Positions 36,667 to 45,896 of a stretch of 64,000 nt of DNA are shown here, piece after piece. The stretch's first letter is position 1. Every line of letters begins with the position of its first letter. The notes under the pieces were generated by a model, which did not search any database, had not been told where the DNA came from, and was given only the letters and a program-made list of their open reading frames with translations. The position numbers were made by a program, and so were the translations under genes. Source of the DNA: a virus (taxonomy: Duplodnaviria; Caudoviricetes); the IMG/VR virus record IMGVR_UViG_3300023179_000106, positions 1,675-65,674 of that record; one strand, written 5' to 3'.

Positions 36667-37716
36667 TCAGCATATGCCGTTCAGGCCGAGTCTGGTTCCC
36701 TCCCAATCGCCCCCCGCCACGGTTTCGTAGTCTCTCTCTTGGCTCTTTATGTACTCGGCCAATATTCTGGAACCCTTTGCGACGAGCAGGCCGTTCCAGT
36801 CCTTGTATTCGCGGCTAGGTCTTACGTAGCGTATCGTCTTGAACTTGTTCTTTTGGAGTTTTTGAGCGATGCGGGGCAGGGCTTCGGCGCCCGCTTCGTC
36901 CGCGTCAAGGCAAAGAACCGGGTTCGTTCCGACCAACATGGCGACCTGTTTGTCCGTCATGTTCTTGCCCCCGAGGGCGACCGATTTGAGGCCGCACAGG
37001 TCCAAGGAGATCGAGTCCATCTCTCCCTCCGTGATGTAGACCTTTTCGCCGGGAGATGGCCAATCTCGGCAGTAAAGGACATCGCCCTTGCCGATGCCCA
37101 ATTCTTTCGGAGGCCCGAGATACCGCAGGTTGGTGCCCGGATCGCCGATGTACCTGCCGTTGTAGTAAATGAGCCTTCCCTGACGATCTCTGTACGGGAT
37201 CATTATTCGGTTCCTGTACCTTCCCGCGGTGCATATCATCAGGCCGGCCGTGGGAATTTTCCTCAAGGCGAGGTATTCTTCGGCCTGCGATCGGAGCCTG
37301 TGGCTGGAAGGCAGGTCGTCGAAGAGGTAGCAGTCTGGGGGCATGTCGAGAGATCCTATGGGCTCTCCCGTTGGCGTCTGATTTTCTTCCGCTCTGCCGG
37401 CGAACATGTCGTTCACGCGTTTCTCGAGATCCTCGAGGCTCCCTTCGGACACGGCGCCGAGCGCCTCGACAGCCTGCTCGTACGAGCAGTTGTCCACGAT
37501 CATTACGAGTCCGACGAGGCTTCCCTTCTTGTCGGACTTCCAGCAGTGGTAGACGCCCGACTTCGACCCTGTTTTTCCTCCCGAGGGGTTGCACCAGAGG
37601 TGCCTCTTTCGGTCTTCGCAGAAGATGGAATTGACCTTTATTTCGTCTCCGCTCACCACGGCGTCGCCGAGCCTGGACTCCGCCCAGTCTAAAAATCTAT
37701 CGAAATCTATTGACAT
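36667..37716 (-). CDS. DNA primase (DnaG/gp61-like, Zn-finger remnant plus TOPRIM)
   Basis: YHCWKS; RIMIPYRD..YYNGR..RYLGP; VYITEGEMDSIS..LCLDADEAG..KDWN. Confidence 0.88.
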   Translation of the reverse strand: MSIDFDRFLDWAESRLGDAVVSGDEIKVNSIFCEDRKRHLWCNPSGGKTGSKSGVYHCWKSDKKGSLVGLVMIVDNCSYEQAVEALGAVSEGSLEDLEKRVNDMFAGRAEENQTPTGEPIGSLDMPPDCYLFDDLPSSHRLRSQAEEYLALRKIPTAGLMICTAGRYRNRIMIPYRDRQGRLIYYNGRYIGDPGTNLRYLGPPKELGIGKGDVLYCRDWPSPGEKVYITEGEMDSISLDLCGLKSVALGGKNMTDKQVAMLVGTNPVLCLDADEAGAEALPRIAQKLQKNKFKTIRYVRPSREYKDWNGLLVAKGSRILAEYIKSQERDYETVAGGDWEGTRLGLNGIC

Positions 37717-37782
37717 GTTCGCTCTCCAAGCCGTATGATACTTCGAAGACTAGAAAATGGCAATTCCGCCCTCTATCACCTC

Positions 37783-38583
37783 ATGAACATCGAGCACATA
37801 TCCGTGTCGAGGGGCAAGTCCTATAGGCAATGCCCATACTACTACAAACTCAAGTACCACGACAAAATACCTAATCCGGGCGAGGAGCAGTTCTATTTCG
37901 TCTACGGCAAGATAATCCACAAAATAGCCGAATGCCACGTGGCAGAGGAGGGTGCCAGGAGCATCAAGGAGATATCCAAGGAGGTGCTTGGCGGGAAGAT
38001 CGAACTAGAGCACGGGAAGTTCGCGCCTCCTTTGCCGCCGGAGTTCAGAAGTCGTCTGCCGGGGCATCTCAAGGCCTTGGAGAGGCTCAACAAGAAGATC
38101 GGATGCTCCGGAATCACGGAGCACAAATTCAGGTACGACCTGGAGATCCCCAACTGCAAGTATGTGACGGGTTTTATCGACCGTATCATACTGAAGGAGG
38201 GCAAGGCGTGGATAATCGATTACAAGACCACGAAGAAGGGCCCGTTCAGGGAGGATAAGAAAACCATCAAGTACGACCCCCAGCTTCGGATCTATTCCAG
38301 GGTCGTGCAGAAGGAGTTCGGGATAGATCCGAAGGACATCAGGGCCGCGTTGTTCTACCTTGAGGACGAGGAGATCATAGACGCTTCGTACTCGGAGGAG
38401 TCTCTGGAGGCGGCCGAAAGAGAACTTCTGGAGTTGTACGACTCTATAAGCTCGCACCGGGCCGAAGACGCCAGGGGAATAACGGGACAGCACTGCAAGC
38501 GGTGCGAATACAGAGACATGTGCCCCTTCTTCAAGAACAGCCAGAGAAAGGTCTATTGGAACGGCGACCTGTCGTCTCTCTGA
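37783..38583 (+). CDS. PD-(D/E)XK RecB/Cas4-like exonuclease
   Basis: S.S..Y.QCP, GKIIH, GFIDRI..IIDYKT, QLRIY, CKRCEYRDMC (four Cys, Fe-S type). Confidence 0.88.
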   Translation: MNIEHISVSRGKSYRQCPYYYKLKYHDKIPNPGEEQFYFVYGKIIHKIAECHVAEEGARSIKEISKEVLGGKIELEHGKFAPPLPPEFRSRLPGHLKALERLNKKIGCSGITEHKFRYDLEIPNCKYVTGFIDRIILKEGKAWIIDYKTTKKGPFREDKKTIKYDPQLRIYSRVVQKEFGIDPKDIRAALFYLEDEEIIDASYSEESLEAAERELLELYDSISSHRAEDARGITGQHCKRCEYRDMCPFFKNSQRKVYWNGDLSSL

Positions 38584-39437
38584 TTTCGGTTCGATGGTCT
38601 GGGCACGAAGTGCCTGTCGTACCTCGCCTCTGGATTCTCTCTGTCGACCACCGGTATCGCGGACGGGTCGAAGGCCGAAGAAAGAAGCCAGGCGTGTGCG
38701 TTTTTCGTGAACACCTCGCTGATCGCGGAGAGCGGCGTGAAGAATCCGATCCCGTCGCCCGAAGATACGTCGGAAGTACCCCAACACACGCCCACAAGTA
38801 GCCCGTCGTCGGTGAGCAGCCCTCCACCCGACCTGCCCGGGCGCGGGCTGTTCAGCCTCGTTACGAGGTCGGCGCCCTCCGTGGACTTCACGACGACTTC
38901 GTAGCGCGCGACCTCTTTTCCTCCGTCGCATCCCATCGAGTTCAGGCGCATTCCGACCTTCGGAGAGAAACCCATCGAGATCGGAGCGAAGGAGCATTCC
39001 CAGTCTGGCTTGAACCTGAGTAGGCTGACGTCTTGTCCTCTCCTGTTGCTCCAGAATAGCACCTCTGCCTCGTAGGAGGCGGGAGAGGCCAGCCTGGGTC
39101 CATCCTGATACCAGGTGGTTATTTTGGCTCGCTCCATTCCGTTCGGGCTGTAGTCCATATCTCCGCTCCACAGGTGGCCGCAGGATATTACATAAGCCCA
39201 TCCCGTTTCCCTGTCGTAATGGCATATGGTTCCGGAGCCCGCCGCGCCGTGGACGGAAATTCTCACGGAAACCATCAGCAGGTTCTGGAACCTCTCGTCC
39301 CTTTGCTCGTTTAGTATGCACGGGCTGTAGGAGCAGGACTCCCTGTATAGGGGGTGCTCAGGGGCGACGGGCGAAGCCGTCGCAGACGATGCCCAAGAGA
39401 GGGCTAGAATGATCCCCAGAAGCAAAATCCTTTTCAT
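38553..39437 (-). CDS. Secreted trypsin-like serine protease
   Basis: Signal peptide MKRILLLGIILALSWASSATA; GSGT, ISCGH (His), DVSLL (Asp), PGRSGGGL (Ser), VGVCWG. Confidence 0.85.
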   Translation of the reverse strand: MKRILLLGIILALSWASSATASPVAPEHPLYRESCSYSPCILNEQRDERFQNLLMVSVRISVHGAAGSGTICHYDRETGWAYVISCGHLWSGDMDYSPNGMERAKITTWYQDGPRLASPASYEAEVLFWSNRRGQDVSLLRFKPDWECSFAPISMGFSPKVGMRLNSMGCDGGKEVARYEVVVKSTEGADLVTRLNSPRPGRSGGGLLTDDGLLVGVCWGTSDVSSGDGIGFFTPLSAISEVFTKNAHAWLLSSAFDPSAIPVVDRENPEARYDRHFVPRPSNRNQRDDRSPFQ

Positions 39438-39480
39438 ATTTTCAGCCTCCATGCCGTACTAGTTTTATATAGGTTTTACG

Positions 39481-39996
39481 ATGTCCAATAATCTCGCCCT
39501 GTTCGTCACTCACCACGTATTTTTGACCGACCACGAAATCTCGCTGGCCGTTTGCGGTCGCTCGCTGCGGAAGATCGGACACTGCGTCCCCGTGTGGGTT
39601 GATGCAAAAACTGGCAAGACGACGGAGCCGGCCAAAGAGGTTTTTTGCGACTATCACTTGGCGGGGATATCGGAATCCTCCGGCGAGGTGAAATTGGAAG
39701 GCGACGCGACATTCAGAATCATGCTGCCGAACGCGGGTGCTTGGAAACCGCCGCAGGAGTTGGACTTCGCCGAAATGGCCGAGTGGACGAGCGAGATGAG
39801 GCTTGAATTTATGAAGCAGAGGGATGCATGGTGGTTCAACAACCCCAGGCCATCGGACTTCAAAGACCTTGCTCGTGGATACCTGCGTTTCGAGGTGAGG
39901 AAACAGGATTTGAAGCTGGGGCGCAGGAAGTACTCGGCACAGCACGTGGTCGAGATCGCGTCTGAAAAAAGGTTGCTTGACTCCCTAACAGCCTGA
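39481..39996 (+). CDS. Hypothetical protein
   Basis: 171-aa ORF filling the gap between neighbours. Confidence 0.6.
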   Translation: MSNNLALFVTHHVFLTDHEISLAVCGRSLRKIGHCVPVWVDAKTGKTTEPAKEVFCDYHLAGISESSGEVKLEGDATFRIMLPNAGAWKPPQELDFAEMAEWTSEMRLEFMKQRDAWWFNNPRPSDFKDLARGYLRFEVRKQDLKLGRRKYSAQHVVEIASEKRLLDSLTA

Positions 39997-40491
39997 AAGC
40001 GACATGGCCATCCGTATGGATATTGTCTCCCCCGGAGACACGACGAGGTTCTGGCCTATGTTCGCGGACGATATGAGAATGGTTCCGCTTCCGTAGTCCA
40101 CTCCTGTGCTCATGAAGATGTTCCGAACCGGACCCCACGACTCCGTGGTGGATGTGAACAAGACCGTCGGGCTGTTGGCCTGGTTGCCCGTCGGAGCAGA
40201 CGTGACATCGAAGTTGTCGGATCGGATCGCCTGACGCTCGTAACCACCTGCGTCGGGCTCCAAGCCTTCCAGGGTGGCTATGGTGTCCGACGCCGAAATC
40301 GAACTCCTTGAGTCCAAGCCGAGATAGTACTGGTTCGGTATCTCGCCTCCCGCGAACAGAACTCGCAGTATGTAGTCCTCTCCAAGCACGTGCATCGTGT
40401 TAAGTATGTTCCGTTCCGTTCGCAGGACGCTTCCGGTGCGGGATGTATGCACCAGTTCGACTATACGCATGATTCCATTCCACTTCTTCAT
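39985..40491 (-). CDS. Putative virion structural protein
   Basis: YYLGL..GGYERQAI..ANSPTVLF..SWGPV..VSPGETI pattern of phage tail beta-sandwich proteins. Confidence 0.6.
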   Translation of the reverse strand: MKKWNGIMRIVELVHTSRTGSVLRTERNILNTMHVLGEDYILRVLFAGGEIPNQYYLGLDSRSSISASDTIATLEGLEPDAGGYERQAIRSDNFDVTSAPTGNQANSPTVLFTSTTESWGPVRNIFMSTGVDYGSGTILISSANIGQNLVVSPGETISIRMAMSLSGC

Positions 40492-40539
40492 GACCTAATT
40501 TAGGCCCGCTGGCATCCTTTTTGATCGGAGGCGGTGCAG

Positions 40540-40547
40540 CATAAATA
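40540..40547 (+). promoter_or_regulatory. Putative late promoter CATAAATA
   Basis: 4 nt before ATG 40552, with no SD. Confidence 0.55.
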
Positions 40548-40551
40548 GGTC

Positions 40552-40734
40552 ATGGAATTCAAGAGGTGGCTGGCGGAGGTTGGCATGGGGGGCGGAGGGC
40601 CGGGTTCTGGGATGGCGCCGCCGCTCCAGAGGCCCGGAGTGGAGGCCCTTGCTGATTATCAGGGCCCTGAGCAGACCGATCCCAGAAATCCCAAGGGGAA
40701 GCTGCCCCCGACAAAAAGGAAAATCAAGAAATGA
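40552..40734 (+). CDS. Small Gly/Pro-rich protein with a capsid-targeting-like N-terminus
   Basis: Starts MEFKRWLAE; basic C-terminus; ATGA overlap with the next gene. Confidence 0.65.
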   Translation: MEFKRWLAEVGMGGGGPGSGMAPPLQRPGVEALADYQGPEQTDPRNPKGKLPPTKRKIKK

Positions 40735-41450
40735 GGTCAGCATTCGCATTTCTTCTGGTGGTGTTCGCACATGTGGCTCTGGCCTCTGATGGGGACGCGA
40801 TCGCCAGGTACAAGGTGGCTACCGAGGATTTTTCGTCCGAAAAAGCCCACATCAACACGGTTGTGCCGGCATATGTGTCCTCTGGTCGGGACGAGCCGGT
40901 AGAGACGCTTCAGTGCCCGATACCCCGCTCCGACCGAGTGAAGAACTTCACGGGCATTCAGTGCGTGTGGTCGTCCATAGAGACGCTCGGCAGATGGGCG
41001 GGGGAGGAGAGGCTCATGATCCCTCCGCTAACCAGCAGGGCGCAATGCAAGAGTTACTCCGGCCCCGACAAGTCCGCAACGGTCATGAAGTCGTTAGGGG
41101 TCAGATTCTCGCAGACTTACGGCGACAAAAGGAAGGGCGTGGAGATGATAAGGGCTGCAATGGAGCAGGGTCGCGGAGCTCTTTTTGACGTCCCGGGCCA
41201 CGCGATGGTGCTTGTGCACTTCGACGAGGCCGGGGACAGGGCTTGCTGGATCGACAATTCCGACGAGACGCTCAAGGTTCAGAAGAGCACGGTCGCGGCC
41301 TTCATGAAGAGGTGGGGGTCGTGGGTTCTAGTCATCTACGCAGAGCAGGAAATCGTGCAATATAAGGCATATGGGCCATTTATGCCCGTGATGGAGGCCG
41401 AACCTCCCTTTCTTCGACTCGAGGGAAATTTCGTGCCCCGTCCTCACTAA
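40731..41450 (+). CDS. Secreted papain-fold (C39-like) cysteine peptidase
   Basis: Signal peptide MRSAFAFLLVVFAHVALA; GIQCVWSSIE (Cys), GHAMVLV (His), WIDNS (Asp/Asn). Confidence 0.7.
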   Translation: MRSAFAFLLVVFAHVALASDGDAIARYKVATEDFSSEKAHINTVVPAYVSSGRDEPVETLQCPIPRSDRVKNFTGIQCVWSSIETLGRWAGEERLMIPPLTSRAQCKSYSGPDKSATVMKSLGVRFSQTYGDKRKGVEMIRAAMEQGRGALFDVPGHAMVLVHFDEAGDRACWIDNSDETLKVQKSTVAAFMKRWGSWVLVIYAEQEIVQYKAYGPFMPVMEAEPPFLRLEGNFVPRPH

Positions 41451-41453
41451 ATA
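41446..41453 (+). promoter_or_regulatory. Putative late promoter ACTAAATA
   Basis: 6 nt before ATG 41460, with no SD. Confidence 0.45.
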
Positions 41454-41459
41454 ACAAAA

Positions 41460-43265
41460 ATGAATCCCGAAGAGCTCAAAAGTCAGATAAGTCAGGTTGT
41501 TGACCTATGGGTCAGCGACATACTGCGTTCCAAGTTCCTCCAGAAGCCCGACAACCAGGAGAGAAGGAGCCTGTGGGACAAGTTCAAGCAGGGGATGACG
41601 AACTGGTGGTGGGGCAGGAACGGGGAAAAGTACAACCCCTACAGGTGGAGGAACAGGTTCGGCGACGAACTGGGGGTGTCCGAATCCTTCGATCCAGCCG
41701 TATTTACCTTGAACGAATACAAGAACATAAAGACTCTGGTTGATTCGGTCGAGGTCGGGTTCAACGAGTCCGAAGAGGGATTCGACAACCTTCGCCTTAT
41801 GCAGATCGTTCGCTCCGCAGCCGAACGTCTAAAGGAAATGCTTTTCGACGCACTGCGTGGCAGAGTGCAGGCCGCCGAACAGCCGGCTCAGGGGGCTCCA
41901 TCTGCCGAACGGCCGCCGCAGTCACGACCAAGCCCCCGCACAGGGCTCGTACAGGATCCCAAGGCGACATCTGGTGGTTCGGGAGAATCTTCTGACGGTG
42001 GTCAGGAAGGAGCCATGGGACTCGTTAAGGCCTCCGCAGTTGGAAGCACGGAGGCTGACTTGTCGTCTAGACCCAAGAGGAAGAGCGACCGCGCGAAGAT
42101 CGAAGATGGCGCCCGCGAGGTCGCCGCGATGCCGAAGTCGGAGCTGAAGCCCGAAGCCACTTGGCTTAACCTAAAAAACCAAGTCAAGAAGGAAAAGCTC
42201 CCTCATGTAATCGCTTGGATGGCAATGAAGTCGCACAAAAACCCGCTTGATGACGAAGAAATCAAGGGAGAACTACAACTGGCGCTGGGGAAGAAGGTCG
42301 ACCTTGGAATCCGCGGTGCGGGCAAGATAAAACTGAAGAGTTACCTGCAGCAAGTTCTTGACGATAAGTTCGAAAAGATGATGTCGCTTTTAGGTGTGGA
42401 GGTCGCGGGCTCCATCGGCTCCGCCGCACGGGAGCCCGCAAAGCGAACCAACCCCCGAACCGTTCCGCTCAAAGCGCCCAAAAAGACGCCCGAAAAGAAA
42501 GAGCCAGAGAATTCAAAGCCAGCGGCAGATCCAGTCAGTGAGCCCCCGGCCCGCGAGCCCAAGCAAGAACCAGAGGGCGGCGACGACGATCAACTCAAGG
42601 GCTACCTCTATGAGGGCGATCGCCCAAAGACGATAAATTCTGTCATGTCGCTCCTCCGCGACTTTGTCAAGCAAATCGGTCATGAGAGGAACAAGGTAGA
42701 TGATGTGAGGAGTTGGTGGTCTTCGGAGATCAAAAGACTGGAGGGCATTCCGAAGGCCGACAAGTTCGAATACCTAGAGGCAGCCATCTTGGGGTCGGGC
42801 GAGTATGTCGACGCTATCGCCAAGGCGGTGGGCATGTCTTCTGGCGACCTGCGCAACAAGATGAAAGATTTCTTGGGTTCGGAAGGCGCCGCTTCCAAAA
42901 CCACGCCTTCCGACGAAAAGACCGCAGACGAGGTGGACGAGTCTCTAGGGATCGACTCGTATTTGATGACCGACGGCAAGCCACACGGCCTAGAAAGGAC
43001 TTTGAATCTCATCGGGCGTTTTATGAACAATCCAATGGCCCTCATCAATGTGGGTCAGGACGACGCTCGGGTAAGAAGACTTGCAGAATGGTGGGACAGG
43101 GAGAAAGAGTCAATATCTAAAAATAGCGACCCCATGGGATACATCAAGAAAAGTCTTACGGAAGACAAGTCGTGGTTCAAGTCCGTTGGAGAAATATTAG
43201 GTAAATCGCCAGATTTCGTCAAGAATATTATGGCTTCTCATATAAAAAGAAAATCGAATCGATAA
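41460..43265 (+). CDS. Hypothetical protein with low-complexity linkers and a duplicated C-terminal helical domain
   Basis: 601 aa; two related units YL..[DG][RK]P..WW..E..Y[LI]..G.S. Confidence 0.8.
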   Translation: MNPEELKSQISQVVDLWVSDILRSKFLQKPDNQERRSLWDKFKQGMTNWWWGRNGEKYNPYRWRNRFGDELGVSESFDPAVFTLNEYKNIKTLVDSVEVGFNESEEGFDNLRLMQIVRSAAERLKEMLFDALRGRVQAAEQPAQGAPSAERPPQSRPSPRTGLVQDPKATSGGSGESSDGGQEGAMGLVKASAVGSTEADLSSRPKRKSDRAKIEDGAREVAAMPKSELKPEATWLNLKNQVKKEKLPHVIAWMAMKSHKNPLDDEEIKGELQLALGKKVDLGIRGAGKIKLKSYLQQVLDDKFEKMMSLLGVEVAGSIGSAAREPAKRTNPRTVPLKAPKKTPEKKEPENSKPAADPVSEPPAREPKQEPEGGDDDQLKGYLYEGDRPKTINSVMSLLRDFVKQIGHERNKVDDVRSWWSSEIKRLEGIPKADKFEYLEAAILGSGEYVDAIAKAVGMSSGDLRNKMKDFLGSEGAASKTTPSDEKTADEVDESLGIDSYLMTDGKPHGLERTLNLIGRFMNNPMALINVGQDDARVRRLAEWWDREKESISKNSDPMGYIKKSLTEDKSWFKSVGEILGKSPDFVKNIMASHIKRKSNR

Positions 43266-43283
43266 GAGCCTTGGAAGATTAGA

Positions 43284-43727
43284 TCAAGAGCTCTCCCAGT
43301 CGTCTTCGTCTTCGTCTTCGTCTTCCCAATCATCTTCGTCTTCGTAGTCGTCCCAGTCGTCCTCGTCCTCGTCCTCCCAATCTTCATCTTCGTCGTCTTC
43401 TTCATCTTCGTCGTCTTCGTCGTATTCGTCGTCTTCTTCATCTTCGTCGTCTTCTTCATCTTCGTCGTATCCGCGCCAATCATCGGCATCGTCGTCTTCA
43501 TCTTCATCATCCTGATCGTCTTCAAGGATTTCCTCGTAGTCTTCTTCGTCCTCATCGCCGTAAGAAGCTTCCTCCCAACTCCATTCCGCTATGTATTGGA
43601 GACGAGACGGCTCATGCGGACTTTCTGATGTCTGATCGGACTTTGCGCTTGCAGAAGCCCACTCTTCATACCACCCAGTGCCGTATATGTCATCGGCAGA
43701 CTCTTCGAAATCCTCTCTGAAGTGCAT
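43284..43727 (-). CDS. Extremely acidic protein
   Basis: SD AAGGAG upstream; C-terminal ~90 aa almost entirely D/E with spaced W/Y. Confidence 0.75.
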   Translation of the reverse strand: MHFREDFEESADDIYGTGWYEEWASASAKSDQTSESPHEPSRLQYIAEWSWEEASYGDEDEEDYEEILEDDQDDEDEDDDADDWRGYDEDEEDDEDEEDDEYDEDDEDEEDDEDEDWEDEDEDDWDDYEDEDDWEDEDEDEDDWESS

Positions 43728-43832
43728 CCTTTGAATGTCTCCTTTAGGGCTTTAAACTTACCAATAGAATCTAGCTGAGTCAAGGCCGGTTTAGGGCTTT
43801 GGCGGTCGTTATGTATGCGCCTCAAACTCTTT

Positions 43833-45229
43833 TCAGCGCATGAATTTACGAACCAGTTTGCCTCCCGACTCCTCCCACATGCCGTCGGACAGGGCCTGGG
43901 CGACGCAAGCCGCGGAGGCCAAGCGGGCCTCTTTTGGGTCGTGCACGACCTCGTCGACCAGCTTGCCTGACGGGTCGAATTCGTAGTAGGAATCCGAGGC
44001 GATCTCCACCTCTAGGTCTGGGCTCACATTGAGCACAGAGACGACTGGCAGGTCTGATATCTTGGCGTATTTCGGCTCCCTGACCGCCACGATCGCGCCT
44101 CCGCCCTTCGTTTTGACGACCTTGTCGCCCCGATTGAGGCCGACGAGAACCTCGGCCCAGGACTTCGAAGAAAGCGCCTTGATTTCGTTGGGCTCCACTA
44201 TCTTCCAAGCCACAAACACTTCCCGGAAAATGTTCGATATGTCCGCGCCTTGATCTTTTGCGCAGGCCACCATGCATTTCGCCGCGGCCGAATAGTACTT
44301 GGGCGTTCTGGGGGTGAGGGGCACGGCCTTGAGCAGGACGGAAAAGCATATGTCTCTGGCCTTCTTGAACGCCACGGACCTCGCGTCTCCTTTGGCCACA
44401 AGGGAGTCATAGACCTTGGTGAATGCGTTGTACCAGGCTGCCGAAAAAACCCTTCCGAAGCTGTGGCACTCCGCCGCTAGCTTGTTGTTGGATGTTTCGG
44501 CGGGAAGCTTGGACGGGTCGACGTACAGGAAAAGCTCTCTGGCGGGGTCGCGCAAGGCGTTGGGGAGGTAGGACGGGTCTTGGTGACGGCCCTTATGAGT
44601 TCGCCGACCTCTTCGGCAAGGCGGGAGGCGGAGTTGGAGAGCCTCAGGTCGCCGCCCGTTTCCTTGAGTACCTTTTCTATCACCGCGTCATAATTCATGA
44701 GATTGAACATCGCCACGATGTCGGAGAACGCCTCGTGGAACGACCATATCTCGAGAGCCTGGACGCTCCAGAAGTCGGGTCTCATAGAGTCGAGCACGGC
44801 GTGTCCCAGTTCGTGCGTCACTATGTCCGAGGAGTCTGCGAAGTATGTGTTTTTGCCCCTGTAGTTGTAGTAGAAGAACCTGAGGGAACGCCTGTCGTAG
44901 TACGCGTTCATTTCTACCCCGGCCGCCGGAATCACGGAAAGAGAGCTGGTGGCCGCCCACCGCTGCAGGGGCGACTTCAGCAGGGCCTGGATCGCGTTTA
45001 TGCAGGATCCCACGGAGATGTGGCAGTTGAGGGCCCTTCTTTCGCTGGCGTTTTTTGGCTGCGGCGACAGGCCTTGAACCGAGTATTTCAGAGCCCCAAT
45101 GGCGGGCGGCTGGACGTTCGCTACCAGGTCGGGGGTGGTGGGGTCGTTTATCACGAAGCCTCCAACCATGTTGACCAGTTCCGCGCGTATCTTTGCGAGG
45201 CGTCCCGCCTCCGTGGTTTTCTTGAGCAT
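43833..45229 (-). pseudogene. HExxH gluzincin metalloprotease (M4/M36-like), split by a 1-nt frameshift near 44579
   Basis: 5' part has NAYYD, VTHELGH and FHEAFSD; the other frame continues DPSYLPNALRDPA..ECHSFGRVF; SD AGGAGG before ATG 45229. Confidence 0.75.
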
Positions 45230-45278
45230 GCTACCTCCTTGTGGCTCTAAACATATATACGCAACTAGGAGGTGCATA

Positions 45279-45896
45279 ATGATGGATTCCTTCCACTCGC
45301 ACGAAAGAGCGTTCATCGGACGAATAGGGGAGAAAGAATGGAGGGAATACAAGAGATTCGCCTTCAGGGACGACATGCTGAAGCTGAGCGTGGGAGTCGT
45401 GCTCGGAAGCGCATTCAACAAGGTGGCAAACAGCATTTCCGACAACCTCTTGATGCCCGTTCTGTCGTTCCTCGCGCTTGATGCCGGGGAGGCCTGGAGG
45501 GACTGGTCTTGGAGTCCTCTGGTCGGCCTGAACTTCAGGCTGGGGCGGGTTGCGGGAGACGGGTTCGACTTTCTTATCGTTTCGGTCGCCCTCTATCTCG
45601 TTTATGTCAAGATGGCCGGTTTTGGGCCGAAAGAGCCCCCTCCATGCAGGCGGTGTCGCCTGTGCATGGAGTGCGTGAACCCCGAGGCGGTCAAATGCAG
45701 GTCTTGTGGAGGAGAACTAGATGGCGTCGAAAGAAGAGATCGAGTCGAGGATAAAGGAACAAAGGACGGCGGAGGCGAACAAAAAAGGACTGATGGGTCA
45801 AGGAGGAAAGATCGGAACCGTGCTTCGGATGCTGGGAAGTCCGATAGTCGGCCAGTCGGAAGACGTCGCGTTCCTCGATCTCGAGGGAAGGGGTGA
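45279..45896 (+). CDS. mscL: MscL-family mechanosensitive channel with a C-terminal Zn ribbon
   Basis: EYKRFAFRDDMLKLSVGVVLGSAFNKVANSISDNLLMP (S1-TM1), FDFLIVSVALYLV (TM2), CRLC..CRSC; SD AGGAGG. Confidence 0.85.
   Translation: MMDSFHSHERAFIGRIGEKEWREYKRFAFRDDMLKLSVGVVLGSAFNKVANSISDNLLMPVLSFLALDAGEAWRDWSWSPLVGLNFRLGRVAGDGFDFLIVSVALYLVYVKMAGFGPKEPPPCRRCRLCMECVNPEAVKCRSCGGELDGVERRDRVEDKGTKDGGGEQKRTDGSRRKDRNRASDAGKSDSRPVGRRRVPRSRGKG

Noticed and set aside
37783-38583. Cas4-like nuclease as evidence of CRISPR-Cas
   Set aside because: No cas1/cas2 or array; stand-alone PD-(D/E)XK nucleases are common in phages.
44560-44600. Programmed frameshift in the metalloprotease
   Set aside because: No X XXY YYZ heptamer or homopolymer at the junction.
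38553-45896. Host assignment (for example Planctomycetota) from protease, MscL and actin style
   Set aside because: Impression only; it needs homology searches or spacer matches.
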